Origin: Escherichia phage tuinn | Length of the DNA: 50,505 bases | Reading direction: 5' to 3' (one strand) | Sequence record: MN850606.1 | Shown: positions 19,140-28,435 of the stretch, piece after piece | Numbering within the stretch: the stretch's first letter is position 1 | How the letters are laid out: every line of letters starts with the position of its first letter | Made by a program: the position numbers and the translations under genes | The notes under the pieces: model-generated | What the model saw: only the letters and a program-made list of their open reading frames with translations | Databases searched by the model: none | What the model was told of the DNA's origin: nothing

Positions 19140-19371
19140 GCAAGGTAGAGAGGCGGTATGGAATCACGCTAAAGAATGCGGAATAGCCGACGATATAAAG
19201 AAGATCGCGCAATACTTTGATATTGCAGATGTGAGCATAATTAGCGGAGATAAGATGACTTTCCTCAAGGAAAGGCCGCGAAAAATGGTAAGAGTTCCAG
19301 CAGTTCCAACAAAAATTGATTTCAAAGAGGCAATGGCTAAAATCCGAGAGCCTCGCAAATATTATAAATGA
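19129..19371 (+). CDS. hypothetical protein
   Basis: ORF with GGAGG upstream of ATG 19129. Confidence 0.35.
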   Translation: MKVEQGREAVWNHAKECGIADDIKKIAQYFDIADVSIISGDKMTFLKERPRKMVRVPAVPTKIDFKEAMAKIREPRKYYK

Positions 19372-19465
19372 GGATAGTTATCATGTGGCGCTTGTTTGTT
19401 CTACCGTTACCCGTTATCATCGCTGTTACAGTTATGTACCATATAGTGATGAGATAGGTAGCAGA

Positions 19466-20581
19466 ATGAAAAATGTAAAAATTACAGATGAGCAATTCAA
19501 GATCGAACGGGCGGCGGGTAAGACATATAAACAGATCGCTCAAGAGTACGGAATGAATGTGAGAAGCGTCGAGCGTCGCGCGGCGCGACTTGCAAAGCAA
19601 GGCCAAGTATCCACAATTGGAGCGCCTGGTTTTGGCGTTCATGGTGAGTCAGTAATGACTGACAAAGAAGGCAACATAATCCTAAAGTGGACTAAAACCA
19701 GCAAGGATAAAGAGCAATTAGAAGCATTAATGCGCGCAGCAATGGAGGCATTTAGCGAGGAAGTGCCGCGATTAGATCCGGTTCCATTACAGGAGCGCGA
19801 CTATAACGAAACGCTTTCCTTGTATCCGATCTTTGACATGCACTTAGGCGCTATGGCCCATAAGCACGAATGCGGCGAAAATTGGGATACTGCCACGGCA
19901 GAGCGCGTTATGAATAACTTTATCGACTATGCTTTAATGTGCGCACCGGATAGCGAAAAGGCTGTCATCCTGATTGGTGGCGATATGCTGCATAGCGACG
20001 GCCTGGAGGCGGTTACACCTGCAAGCGGTCACGTACTGGATCAAGATAGTCGATATGCAAAATTGGTTTACGTTGCCATCCGTGCAATGCGACGCGCAAT
20101 CAATAAAATGTTGTTAAAGCATAAACATGTTGAAGTCCAGATCGTAGAGGGCAATCATGACCAATCAGGAATGATTTGGCTGCGCGCAGCAATGGCGGCA
20201 GCATATGAAAACGAGCCGCGCGTTTACGTTGATGTTTCACCTCGCGTTGTGCACCACACGCAATACGGAAAAACTTTCCTTGCGTACCATCACGGGCACA
20301 CAGTGCGTAAACCGGAGACTTTGCTAATGATGTGCGCGTCAGATTGGCGGGAGGACTTCGGAAACTCAAAAACGATGTATGCGCACGTAGGGCACTGGCA
20401 TCACCAGACCGTAACGGAAACGTCGCTTGGCATCGTTGAGGTGCATAGCACCCTGGCGGCAAAAGACGCATACGCCGCGCGAGGTGGCTGGAGATCTCGA
20501 CGCCGTGCGGCGGTTATTATTTACGACAAAGAGCATGGAGAGGTGGGGCGATTTGTTCACTATCCAGAAATGATGAATTGA
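19466..20581 (+). CDS. calcineurin-like metallophosphoesterase
   Basis: Motifs FDMH, GDMLHSDG, GNHD, HHGH, GHWHH; first ATG in frame is 19466. Confidence 0.65.
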   Translation: MKNVKITDEQFKIERAAGKTYKQIAQEYGMNVRSVERRAARLAKQGQVSTIGAPGFGVHGESVMTDKEGNIILKWTKTSKDKEQLEALMRAAMEAFSEEVPRLDPVPLQERDYNETLSLYPIFDMHLGAMAHKHECGENWDTATAERVMNNFIDYALMCAPDSEKAVILIGGDMLHSDGLEAVTPASGHVLDQDSRYAKLVYVAIRAMRRAINKMLLKHKHVEVQIVEGNHDQSGMIWLRAAMAAAYENEPRVYVDVSPRVVHHTQYGKTFLAYHHGHTVRKPETLLMMCASDWREDFGNSKTMYAHVGHWHHQTVTETSLGIVEVHSTLAAKDAYAARGGWRSRRRAAVIIYDKEHGEVGRFVHYPEMMN

Positions 20582-20627
20582 TGAATTTTTATTTAAATCA
20601 ATGACAAATTAAATCAAAAACTTGCAA

Positions 20628-20656
20628 GGGGGCGGCGTTTGTCGCCTCTTTTTTTT
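20628..20656 (+). terminator. rho-independent terminator
   Basis: GC hairpin followed by T8. Confidence 0.5.
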
Positions 20657-20726
20657 GTTTAATTTTTTACCATGTACGTTTATCATGCGGTCAATATATT
20701 GACTTTAATTAATATGGAGAATAAAA

Positions 20727-20942
20727 ATGAAAGATTTTATTAACGCAGCTACCGCTGGATCTGGCGGTTCATCTATCGCAAGCGCCGCTACAGGGCAGTT
20801 AACCATTGCTATTGCCAGCTTTGTTTTAATGGCTGCATTCGGTGCATGGGGCGCTTACCTTCGCTGGCGTGATAGTAAAAAATTCCACGAAGCGATCGAA
20901 AAAGGTGATATTCAAAAAGCTATTGAAATCAGGGGCAAGTAA
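20727..20942 (+). CDS. holin (candidate pinholin)
   Basis: 71-aa protein, hydrophobic core, charged C-terminus; immediately upstream of lysozyme. Confidence 0.55.
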   Translation: MKDFINAATAGSGGSSIASAATGQLTIAIASFVLMAAFGAWGAYLRWRDSKKFHEAIEKGDIQKAIEIRGK

Positions 20943-21433
20943 TGAGCATAAAGAACAGGGTAGCGGCTGCGGCCTTTGGCGTTGCGGTTGCCTTGACTTC
21001 TCCACTTCTTGAAGAGATCGAAGGGGTAAGATACAAGCCATACAAAGATATTGCTGGAGTATGGACGGTTTGCGCAGGAATCACCGGACCAGATGTTATC
21101 CTGGGGAAAACGTACACTAAAAAAGAGTGTGATGCTTTGTTGGCTAAACATATCCAGGTTGCTAAAAAAGAAGTTGACAAGCAAGTTAAGGTTGACATTC
21201 CTGATAGTATGCGTGCAGCAATGTACTCATTCACTTACAATGCAGGTGTGGGAGCTTTCAGAAATTCAACAATGCTGAAACTCATAAACCAGGGGAAATT
21301 AAACGAGGCTTGCGATCAGCTTTATCGTTGGACTTATTACCATAACCCAAAAACAGGAAAGCGCGAGAAGTCTAAAGGCTTACTTAACAGGCGCAAGGTC
21401 GAATACAAATATTGCACAATGGATCTGAAATGA
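20942..21433 (+). CDS. endolysin, T4-type lysozyme with probable N-terminal SAR segment
   Basis: Catalytic region [26 protein letters not shown]; N-terminal Ala/Gly-rich hydrophobic stretch. Confidence 0.75.
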   Translation: MSIKNRVAAAAFGVAVALTSPLLEEIEGVRYKPYKDIAGVWTVCAGITGPDVILGKTYTKKECDALLAKHIQVAKKEVDKQVKVDIPDSMRAAMYSFTYNAGVGAFRNSTMLKLINQGKLNEACDQLYRWTYYHNPKTGKREKSKGLLNRRKVEYKYCTMDLK

Positions 21434-21825
21434 TGAAGAATTTTTTACTTACACCAATCGCAATGGCGGTGATCTTGTCTGGATGTTCAAGCGTTACGCC
21501 ACTGACCGGATTAATCGGCAGTAAGCCGGAAATCACAGCACAGGCTGGATCGGAGAACGTGAAGCAGACAGTTGGCATTACAGCAAAGCAGGACGCCAGC
21601 ACAAAACAGGAAACCACAATAAAGGAATCTGCGGTTGACAAGGTGGACACGTCCAGCAAGAAGGATTTCACAACATCAACCATTCAGGCCAATACCATCA
21701 AGGCAGACAAAATTCATGTCGTGCAGGGTAATAACGGTAGATGGTACGATCCAGTAATCATATGCGTGGTTGTGTTAATTGTGCTGATTTGTCTTTACTG
21801 GAGAGAAAAGAAAAAGGAGGCTTAA
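21430..21825 (+). CDS. unimolecular spanin
   Basis: Lipobox ILSGC at N-terminus plus C-terminal transmembrane segment; ATGA overlap with endolysin. Confidence 0.6.
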   Translation: MMKNFLLTPIAMAVILSGCSSVTPLTGLIGSKPEITAQAGSENVKQTVGITAKQDASTKQETTIKESAVDKVDTSSKKDFTTSTIQANTIKADKIHVVQGNNGRWYDPVIICVVVLIVLICLYWREKKKEA

Positions 21826-21840
21826 TGCCTCCTTTATTTT
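21813..21840. terminator. bidirectional terminator
   Basis: AGGAGGC-TTAAT-GCCTCCT hairpin plus T-run. Confidence 0.6.
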
Positions 21841-22064
21841 TATGCGTCGGGCCACATATGAGTTTCGTTTGTTGGCTTGTTCGATTCGTCGTACTGCCTT
21901 ACTTCAATGCTGCAAGTGTCGCCGTACATTTCTGCAATCTTGCGCTCATTTTCAACCGCCGATTGCTCACTCCAGCCTGAATCCTTATCGTAAACTGTCG
22001 GGATTTCAGAAGAAGATCCATTTGCATGATTGTATACGCGAACTACTAAAAACTTGCTGGACAT
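21840..22064 (-). CDS. hypothetical protein
   Basis: ATG 22064 with AAGGA RBS; downstream of promoter-like cassette. Confidence 0.4.
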   Translation of the reverse strand: MSSKFLVVRVYNHANGSSSEIPTVYDKDSGWSEQSAVENERKIAEMYGDTCSIEVRQYDESNKPTNETHMWPDA

Positions 22065-22126
22065 AATTTTTCCTTTTTGGTTGGTTCGTTTCGATGAAAC
22101 AAATATACCCGACACAAGGTCGGGAG

Positions 22127-22146
22127 TTTTAACAAAAAATGCTATT
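22127..22146 (-). promoter_or_regulatory. conserved motif copy
   Basis: TTTTAACAAAAAATGCTATT on +; hairpin, TATATT and CATCGAAACGAAC box follow on minus strand. Confidence 0.6.
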
Positions 22147-22336
22147 CCATACGCTTTACTGTAACCAATAACACACCATCATCATTGCATAAAACGTGTT
22201 CATTGGTGCTAAAAGCGCGCATATCTGAATAAAGCAGCGTAAGTAACGCATGAATAAGATCCTCATGTGATATTGAATTTACGGCGCAGTGCTTCAAGAT
22301 CTTGTCTATTAGCTTTCGCCTGGAACAATTCATCAT
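22142..22336 (-). CDS. hypothetical protein (start uncertain)
   Basis: ORF whose TAG stop lies in the motif; overlaps upstream gene. Confidence 0.3.
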   Translation of the reverse strand: MMNCSRRKLIDKILKHCAVNSISHEDLIHALLTLLYSDMRAFSTNEHVLCNDDGVLLVTVKRME

Positions 22337-22658
22337 CGCCCATCTCCCCTATTCTAGCCATATCCCTGATCCAGTCGTTGCGCATACCATCCAGGCTATA
22401 CAATTCGAATCCGAAAGGCCGCTTTGACGATCCTTTGGACCAGTATTTTCCGCAGACTCCATCTATATAACCAGCCGTCATCATTCTTGCGCAAAATTCC
22501 TTAGATGCAAGGCTGGCGAACATTCTCGGCGTAAGTCCGGCGGCCCGTGCGAGCCGCTCACATTCTCTATGCTGATAGATAAATTTGGCTATGTGCTGCC
22601 TGTTAAACCAATCGTATGACTCACACCATTTATACAGATCAAGCAAAAACATAATCAT
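22263..22658 (-). CDS. hypothetical protein
   Basis: 131-aa ORF overlapping stop of upstream gene. Confidence 0.4.
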   Translation of the reverse strand: MIMFLLDLYKWCESYDWFNRQHIAKFIYQHRECERLARAAGLTPRMFASLASKEFCARMMTAGYIDGVCGKYWSKGSSKRPFGFELYSLDGMRNDWIRDMARIGEMGDDELFQAKANRQDLEALRRKFNIT

Positions 22659-24235
22659 CCCAGCAGTATTGGATTGACAAAAATAACACCATTAATCACA
22701 CAAACATAATTTCTTTCTTCCAGCATTGGCAGTAAGTGCCCTTCTATCCTTTTCATTACGCCAGCCTGACCAACGAAAGGTTTTACCTTTCTCGCTGATT
22801 CGTACAGGGCGCGGATATTCAGAATCCCTTTATTAGCCTTGCCGTGCCTCGTGATCAATTCAATCAATTTACCCATCTCAGCATCATCACCAGCATAACC
22901 AGAAGCATTTGCGGCGCTAATGTATGTTTTGCTCAATTCCTGAAACATGATCAACGCCTCTTGCATTGTTTCCACGTCGATCTCTTTCGACTTCTGCGGG
23001 TATCCGGCAGGATTAAACCAGTTACGGATAACATGCAGGACGGAAGCAAGCCTGATCACCTGTTTATCCATTTTACCCAGCGCACCGCGTAACATTGTAT
23101 GAGAATACTTTCCTCCGTCTGCAAGATGCGGTTCCATATCCTGGCGAGCAATGTTGAGCACTCGCATAGCTGAACGGCTTATTTTCAGCGATATATTTGA
23201 TTCGCTCATGATGTTATGCACCAATTGATAATATTGGGCTTTCAATTCAGAATCCACCGCCTCATAGGTAGAATCACCATTTTCATCAATGAATGAGCGA
23301 CGGCCTAAGAATGATTCCTCTCGGACCAACAAAAAACGCTCACTAACACCGATGCCTCGCGATCCAGCGTCCATGATTCCGCTTATCGTTTCATCCTGGG
23401 CTATGACGCTCATACATCCAAGCGCGCGAAAACTCATATTATTGTCAGCATTAGCACGGGCAATTGATACGTGACCATTATCCCACGCCTTAAGCACTAA
23501 CTCACTGTTAGTCTTCCTTTCGCTATTTGCATAGGTCAAGCCTAACAGACTGTTAATACTTGTTGCTTCATCAGATATTACGGCAAAGTTACCTTGCTTG
23601 TTGTTGATTTTCGCCAAGCCTTCTGGAGTTGTATCTGAAACAGGAAAAGTTATATCACACATTTTTTCCAGCTTTTCCTCCAGATCCTCTTTTTCCTGGT
23701 ATAGAGATTCCATATCAGCGCCGGATCTTTCGCTTTTCATCTCCTTTGCAAGACCTGCCAGCTTTGCCTGTATTTTCTTTCTTTCCTTGCGGCGTTGCTC
23801 GTTGATCTTCTCAACTTCCGCAATCATCGGAGCAATAGCCATGCTGTTGATCGCAGATTTACCAGTTGACGGCGGCTGGCTTGTAACGACGTAAAGCGCA
23901 GTCGGCTGATCGGTTCCGTGATAGTCAACCGTAAAGCGTCCAAGCATAGCGGCAGAAATGCAGCCGATAAAGTGCATGTAAGCAGATGATTCAGGGAATT
24001 GAACGGATCGCGCAATGCTGCGTGATAACTTGCCGACAACATCAATATCATTACCAAGAGAAATAACGGGGTAGCGATCGTGACCGCTATTCACATCCTT
24101 TACGTCGCCCCAAAAGCTGGACGACTGGCGATAGCCGTTAGCCTGAATTGATACGCGAACTGGCGAAAGGTTCTGGCTTTCAGCCATAGCGATTATTTGT
24201 TGTGGAGTTAATTTGTTCGTTTCTAATGAAAACAT
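22655..24235 (-). CDS. P-loop NTPase of unknown function
   Basis: Deviant Walker A SQPPSTGKS, Walker B-like AVISDEAT, charged coiled-coil insert; AGGAG RBS; family not identifiable by eye. Confidence 0.55.
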   Translation of the reverse strand: MFSLETNKLTPQQIIAMAESQNLSPVRVSIQANGYRQSSSFWGDVKDVNSGHDRYPVISLGNDIDVVGKLSRSIARSVQFPESSAYMHFIGCISAAMLGRFTVDYHGTDQPTALYVVTSQPPSTGKSAINSMAIAPMIAEVEKINEQRRKERKKIQAKLAGLAKEMKSERSGADMESLYQEKEDLEEKLEKMCDITFPVSDTTPEGLAKINNKQGNFAVISDEATSINSLLGLTYANSERKTNSELVLKAWDNGHVSIARANADNNMSFRALGCMSVIAQDETISGIMDAGSRGIGVSERFLLVREESFLGRRSFIDENGDSTYEAVDSELKAQYYQLVHNIMSESNISLKISRSAMRVLNIARQDMEPHLADGGKYSHTMLRGALGKMDKQVIRLASVLHVIRNWFNPAGYPQKSKEIDVETMQEALIMFQELSKTYISAANASGYAGDDAEMGKLIELITRHGKANKGILNIRALYESARKVKPFVGQAGVMKRIEGHLLPMLEERNYVCVINGVIFVNPILLG

Positions 24236-24288
24236 TCGTTAGCTTCTCCTTTGTGGGCCGTAAATTTTAACGGCCCAATACTACCCCG

Positions 24289-24309
24289 TTTTGTCAAAAA
24301 GTGCTATTT
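24289..24309 (-). promoter_or_regulatory. conserved motif copy upstream of P-loop gene
   Basis: TTTTGTCAAAAAGTGCTATTT on +; hairpin GGGCCGTTAAAATTTACGGCCC follows. Confidence 0.6.
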
Positions 24310-24525
24310 GATCCGCTCTATTGCAACCAGAAGTCGATCAGGCTGGCGGTCGCTGTAGCATTCTCCTGTAATCCCATCCTTAAACGTAAAGTAAAGCGCT
24401 TTATGATATGAAAAACCAATCAGCCAACCTACCGCCGTTTTTTTGATGGGCCTGACTATATCGCCAGGCTTGAAAGTCTTTGTGGTAGAATGCGTTACTT
24501 TGTAACGGTTTTCACTGTTTATCAC
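24304..24525 (-). CDS. hypothetical protein
   Basis: 73-aa ORF coupled to upstream gene. Confidence 0.35.
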   Translation of the reverse strand: MINSENRYKVTHSTTKTFKPGDIVRPIKKTAVGWLIGFSYHKALYFTFKDGITGECYSDRQPDRLLVAIERIK

Positions 24526-24908
24526 AGATATTTGCCCTCAAACAGATAACAGCCGCCAGCAGAGAATCCGACCTCTTCACGGTACAGGTTCCAGCGGTCG
24601 CCGCACTCATCAAAAACATAACCCGCAACGCTTCCAAGCGGTCGCCCTTTCTCGATCTGGTATCGCTTGCCCTGCTTAAAGTGCTTTTTGCACGGCATGT
24701 TATGATCTACAAACGTGCAAAGAACGGTCTTTGTGTTAATGGCGCGGTAATCATCTCGGTTTGCTGGAAGCCAACGGCTACCCTTAACAAGCGTCTTAAC
24801 CTGGAACTCTTCCACCTCGATCACATCATTACTTCCTGCAATCTTCTGATAAACCGTTTTAAAACGGCCTTTCATCAATACGTTGGTTTCATTACAGATA
24901 ACATTCAT
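24522..24908 (-). CDS. hypothetical protein
   Basis: 128-aa ORF, AAGGAG RBS. Confidence 0.4.
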   Translation of the reverse strand: MNVICNETNVLMKGRFKTVYQKIAGSNDVIEVEEFQVKTLVKGSRWLPANRDDYRAINTKTVLCTFVDHNMPCKKHFKQGKRYQIEKGRPLGSVAGYVFDECGDRWNLYREEVGFSAGGCYLFEGKYL

Positions 24909-24962
24909 GATTAGATCTCCTTTGTTTGTTCGATGTGATTATGCCAGGTTTTTACACCTGGC

Positions 24963-24984
24963 TTTTAACAAAAAGTGCTATTTT
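24963..24984 (-). promoter_or_regulatory. conserved motif copy
   Basis: TTTTAACAAAAAGTGCTATTTT incl. stop of methylase gene; hairpin and ATAATC follow. Confidence 0.6.
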
Positions 24985-25688
24985 GAGTTTGACTCAAAGA
25001 CTGCGCGAGCAAAGCCGCGCGGAGTGAGGGAGCGGATCATCTTTGTGCGCGATGACTTGCCGCCAGTTTTGGCCCAGCCTGGATTATCTTTGTCTTCCTC
25101 TTTCGGCAGGATTAAAGCGCGTGGAGGAATAACAAAGCCGTTGCCAGTCCAGAGGCACGTTTTCTTAAAATAGCGATCACGCGCCGGAATAATATCAGGG
25201 AAGTCGGGATGTTTATCATCTTCCGGCAGATAGCCAGCGTAATCGCACGGATGGAACGTATAATCAGGCTTACGCCATAACGTTGACAACTTGCCAACCG
25301 GATTTTCGATCATGTAAGGAACACCGAAATAATCAGCTATATCAGCCGCGATTCTGCAAGTGTCGGCGGCCTCATCCTGGAACGATGGATTCTCAAGGCG
25401 TTTTTTGGCCCAATGGCGAGATCCGCTATTTGCAAGGTCGGTGCACGGCGGAAATGCCATAATAAAATCAGGATTGCCCCACTCATTATTGATTGCCTTA
25501 ACATAAAAAGCATCGTCAATCCAGACGTTAACGTATTCGATATTCTCATGCTGTATGCGCACTGACTGGTAATCACCGTGATCGCCACCGTCAGCATTAA
25601 AGCAAATGCACTTATAGCCATTATCAGCCCAATCTTTAACGGCTTTACCAGATCCATCAAATAGGGAGAATATTAAACCTTTATACAT
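24978..25688 (-). CDS. compact DNA (cytosine-5) methyltransferase
   Basis: Motif I FSLFDGSG, motif IV FPPC, motif VI ENPVG, C-terminal RSLTPRGFARAVF; only ~236 aa. Confidence 0.65.
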   Translation of the reverse strand: MYKGLIFSLFDGSGKAVKDWADNGYKCICFNADGGDHGDYQSVRIQHENIEYVNVWIDDAFYVKAINNEWGNPDFIMAFPPCTDLANSGSRHWAKKRLENPSFQDEAADTCRIAADIADYFGVPYMIENPVGKLSTLWRKPDYTFHPCDYAGYLPEDDKHPDFPDIIPARDRYFKKTCLWTGNGFVIPPRALILPKEEDKDNPGWAKTGGKSSRTKMIRSLTPRGFARAVFESNSK

Positions 25689-25698
25689 CGTCATTACC

Positions 25699-25923
25699 TC
25701 AAAACGGAAAACATCGCGGACAACCAGGATCGAAATCGCATCCACAATCATTAACAATCATAGTGGGATCTGCAAATATTGCGCTTGATTCAAGATCCAT
25801 ATCCATATCACCTAAAGCCTCATCAAGAGTCTTAATTTTATATGCCACTTCAAGCGCCGCCTCTTTATTTAGTCCGGCATCTTCTGCCATTTGAAGGCGC
25901 TCAAAAAATCCGTCTTGACTCAT
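25699..25923 (-). CDS. small acidic Cys-cluster protein
   Basis: 74 aa, ~16 acidic vs 5 basic residues; C-terminal CGCDFDPGCPRC. Confidence 0.45.
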   Translation of the reverse strand: MSQDGFFERLQMAEDAGLNKEAALEVAYKIKTLDEALGDMDMDLESSAIFADPTMIVNDCGCDFDPGCPRCFPF

Positions 25924-26036
25924 CGCATAATCCCCTTAATAACAGCTAAGATAATAGCCAGGCCAGCAGCAGTAACCAAAAAGCCAACCGCGCAAATAAT
26001 CGAATAAAAAAAGAAATCAATAGCCTTATCTATCAT
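25920..26036 (-). CDS. 38-aa single-pass membrane peptide
   Basis: GAGGTGG RBS; hydrophobic core; ATGA-type overlap with next gene; below track size cut-off. Confidence 0.35.
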   Translation of the reverse strand: MIDKAIDFFFYSIICAVGFLVTAAGLAIILAVIKGIMR

Positions 26037-26078
26037 TTTCCACCTCATTTAAAAGGCGGCAAAACGCCGCCATATTAA

Positions 26079-26306
26079 TTAAAGAGCACGCCAACTTTGA
26101 ATATAGAAAGCGTTTTCTTCCAGTAATTCTTTTACCTGATCTTTATTGTATTTGCGCACCTTACCGCCTGGATGGATACCAATAAGATAGCCGCCTTTGC
26201 CCTCGGTGATAGTGATTTGGCTAATTCCGCAAGACTTATCAAGTTTTACAGCCACGCGGTGATGAGCGTCAATAGTTGCCATAATGTTTAAAACTTTTGC
26301 TTTCAT
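26079..26306 (-). CDS. hypothetical protein
   Basis: 75-aa ORF followed by hairpin. Confidence 0.4.
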   Translation of the reverse strand: MKAKVLNIMATIDAHHRVAVKLDKSCGISQITITEGKGGYLIGIHPGGKVRKYNKDQVKELLEENAFYIQSWRAL

Positions 26307-26414
26307 TTAAATATCCTCAATTGAAATATGAATGGCGTCGTGCTCTTTTTCCGTCGCCGCCGTAATGGTCATTTGCAACCGCCACCATCCAGGCATTTTT
26401 GAAAATAAATAGCC

Positions 26415-26627
26415 TCATTTCTTATTTTTCATCTTAAATTTATGGCCTGGAACACCAGCACCAATATATCCATCGTTGTATTCCATTAAATAAAGGTGAA
26501 GACCATTATCTGAAATTACATGAGGATCTTCTTTGAGATTTCCCATTAGCGGGTATTCTTTTCCGCGCGTAAATCTCCAAGTTGAGTTATAAGTTTCTAC
26601 GCATTTAAGTTTTAATTGCTTTGCCAT
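26415..26627 (-). CDS. hypothetical protein
   Basis: 70-aa ORF coupled to upstream gene. Confidence 0.4.
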   Translation of the reverse strand: MAKQLKLKCVETYNSTWRFTRGKEYPLMGNLKEDPHVISDNGLHLYLMEYNDGYIGAGVPGHKFKMKNKK

Positions 26628-26824
26628 TAGATGATCTCCATGTATGTTTCAAAGCCATTTAACTTGAACAGGCCGTTTTCACATTTGCGAACGTTCCAAG
26701 TTAGCCCTGAGTGGTACGCCTCCATATCATCAAGGTCAATGGTGATTTCAGCACCTTTCTTAAACAAACCTTTTTCGTGAGACTTGTCGCGCTTAACAAC
26801 TTTAACATCAACCTGATTTTCCAT
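26627..26824 (-). CDS. hypothetical protein
   Basis: 65-aa ORF downstream of motif and TATAGT. Confidence 0.4.
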   Translation of the reverse strand: MENQVDVKVVKRDKSHEKGLFKKGAEITIDLDDMEAYHSGLTWNVRKCENGLFKLNGFETYMEII

Positions 26825-26878
26825 CTTTAAATCCTCGTTTGTTGTCGATGCGCTTACTATACCAATCAGCAGCGCATA

Positions 26879-26901
26879 TTTTTTAACAAAAAGTGCTATT
26901 T
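26879..26901 (-). promoter_or_regulatory. conserved motif copy
   Basis: TTTTTTAACAAAAAGTGCTATTT; TATAGT on minus strand at 26856..26861. Confidence 0.6.
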
Positions 26902-27163
26902 AGTCCAGTAATTCGATTTCACGCTCTCCAGTTAACGGATCCACAAGCCAGAATCCGAGCGGTTCGCCGTGAACACCGCCATAGAATCCAAGAGCCGTCA
27001 GATCTTCACCTTTAACGAATACCAGGTTTCCGCTACGGCTTACGTGAGACACGTTAACGATAACCGGAAATGTGCGAGCCTTAAATGCAGGCCGCAGGGC
27101 GTAACACCCGTTATTGAGCAAACGTGCTTTGCGCTTAACTGGAATAGGTGCATTAATTTTCAT
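26900..27163 (-). CDS. hypothetical protein
   Basis: 87-aa ORF with AAGGAG RBS. Confidence 0.4.
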   Translation of the reverse strand: MKINAPIPVKRKARLLNNGCYALRPAFKARTFPVIVNVSHVSRSGNLVFVKGEDLTALGFYGGVHGEPLGFWLVDPLTGEREIELLD

Positions 27164-27175
27164 GGTTATTACTCC

Positions 27176-27388
27176 TTATCGTAAAGATTTAAAGACGTAT
27201 AGTTTATTGCGGTAACTATATATCCGCATTGTTATTTCTCGCAGCGCAATATATTCCTTCCTGTTTTCCGGCAGACTGGCGAGCAACAACAGGCAGTATT
27301 TATAAGCGCGGTCAAGATTCCTTTCCGTGCCCCTGCAATATCCCTTATTGCGCCTGGAGCGGTACAGCCATAACAATTTCTTGAACAT
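27176..27388 (-). CDS. hypothetical basic protein (start inferred)
   Basis: ATG 27388 one nt after upstream stop; fills an otherwise non-coding gap. Confidence 0.3.
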   Translation of the reverse strand: MFKKLLWLYRSRRNKGYCRGTERNLDRAYKYCLLLLASLPENRKEYIALREITMRIYSYRNKLYVFKSLR

Positions 27389-27389
27389 T

Positions 27390-27599
27390 TCAGATACGCC
27401 CATACAGATCGCAAACTTCGTTGATAAAACAGCGTTGAGACTCTTTATCCTGCTTCTCAAACATCGCACGGCACTCATAGCGGTGATTATGCACGATGAC
27501 AACAACCATATTTTCAGGTGCTGACGGGTGACGCGCTGACGCGTCGCAGATTAAAACATCCATACCCATCTCATGTGCTTTCTTGATCACATCCAACAT
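27390..27599 (-). CDS. hypothetical protein
   Basis: ORF, start taken at ATG 27599. Confidence 0.35.
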   Translation of the reverse strand: MLDVIKKAHEMGMDVLICDASARHPSAPENMVVVIVHNHRYECRAMFEKQDKESQRCFINEVCDLYGRI

Positions 27600-27853
27600 T
27601 TTTTCTTCTCCTGCAATAAGCAAACATCATTGATAAAATCAGCACGGCCCTTAATGTTGCTGATGTGGAACGTCTTTTCAGCGTACAGGCCATCACCTTC
27701 AATCACGATCATTACGCGAGTCGGTTTATTCACTGGCGCACACGAAAAGAGTGGTCGCGCCGGAAGAAATTTAGTGGTCACATCCAGGTTAGCCCTGGCG
27801 GCCCTGCAAAACGCCTCCGCCAGATCCAAATCATTTTCGGTAATCACCGCCAT
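27587..27853 (-). CDS. hypothetical protein
   Basis: 88-aa ORF. Confidence 0.4.
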   Translation of the reverse strand: MAVITENDLDLAEAFCRAARANLDVTTKFLPARPLFSCAPVNKPTRVMIVIEGDGLYAEKTFHISNIKGRADFINDVCLLQEKKKCWM

Positions 27854-28125
27854 TACTTCTTGATCTCCTTACTGATAAATTTCAGCACCTGGCGCAAGAA
27901 AACTTCGTTGTTGATAGTCGCTGGCAATTCTTCTTTCACTTCTTGCGGCAGATAGATATTGCCGTGCCAGGTCAAGCAATCGTAGTTGATACGATAAGAG
28001 CAAAGCCACTCGCAATCGTTATCTGCTTCCCAAATGCAGAGTTGCAGAACATCGCCAAAATCTTCAACAGTCAGATCCAGACCGTGACGCTTAGCGAAAT
28101 TGAAAGTGGTTTTGCTGATGTTCAT
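27853..28125 (-). CDS. hypothetical early protein
   Basis: First gene of minus-strand early block; AGGAG RBS. Confidence 0.45.
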   Translation of the reverse strand: MNISKTTFNFAKRHGLDLTVEDFGDVLQLCIWEADNDCEWLCSYRINYDCLTWHGNIYLPQEVKEELPATINNEVFLRQVLKFISKEIKK

Positions 28126-28185
28126 TTACTATCTCCTGAGCGGTTCGTTTCGATGTGTGTAATGTACCCGATCAGGTGGCATGAG

Positions 28186-28206
28186 TTTTAACAAAAAGTG
28201 CTATTT
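28186..28206 (-). promoter_or_regulatory. conserved motif copy, candidate promoter of minus-strand early block
   Basis: TTTTAACAAAAAGTGCTATTT; TACATT and CATCGAAACGAAC box follow on minus strand. Confidence 0.6.
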
Positions 28207-28435
28207 GACGGTTATCGCCAGGATTGCGATCGAAATAATCAAAAGTAATCATTCGTAATCAAATCACGTCAAAATGATGATTGCCTTTGCAAATTTGATG
28301 AGAAAAGTAATCACGTTTAATCATTGGTTGCAGGGGAGATAGTGAAACCTTCCCCTCTTGCCTCACTTTTCCGCCTGGCTGTCAGTGGTTGTTGTCTTTT
28401 GTTCACCCCTGTTACCGATTTCAGGCGGCGTGTTT

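Noticed and set aside
24978-25688. Reading the methyltransferase as an N6-adenine or N4-cytosine enzyme
   Set aside because: No DPPY/NPPY/SPPY motif; instead PC (FPPC) and ENV-like (ENPVG) motifs plus C-terminal TPRxxAR, which are hallmarks of C5-cytosine methyltransferases.
27176-27505. Track ORF 27176..27505 (109 aa) and 27232..27414 (60 aa)
   Set aside because: Overlap gene 27390..27623 in other frames; only the 3' part from ATG 27388 was kept, as a low-confidence 70-aa gene filling the gap; 27232..27414 is on the same strand in a different frame and lacks signals.
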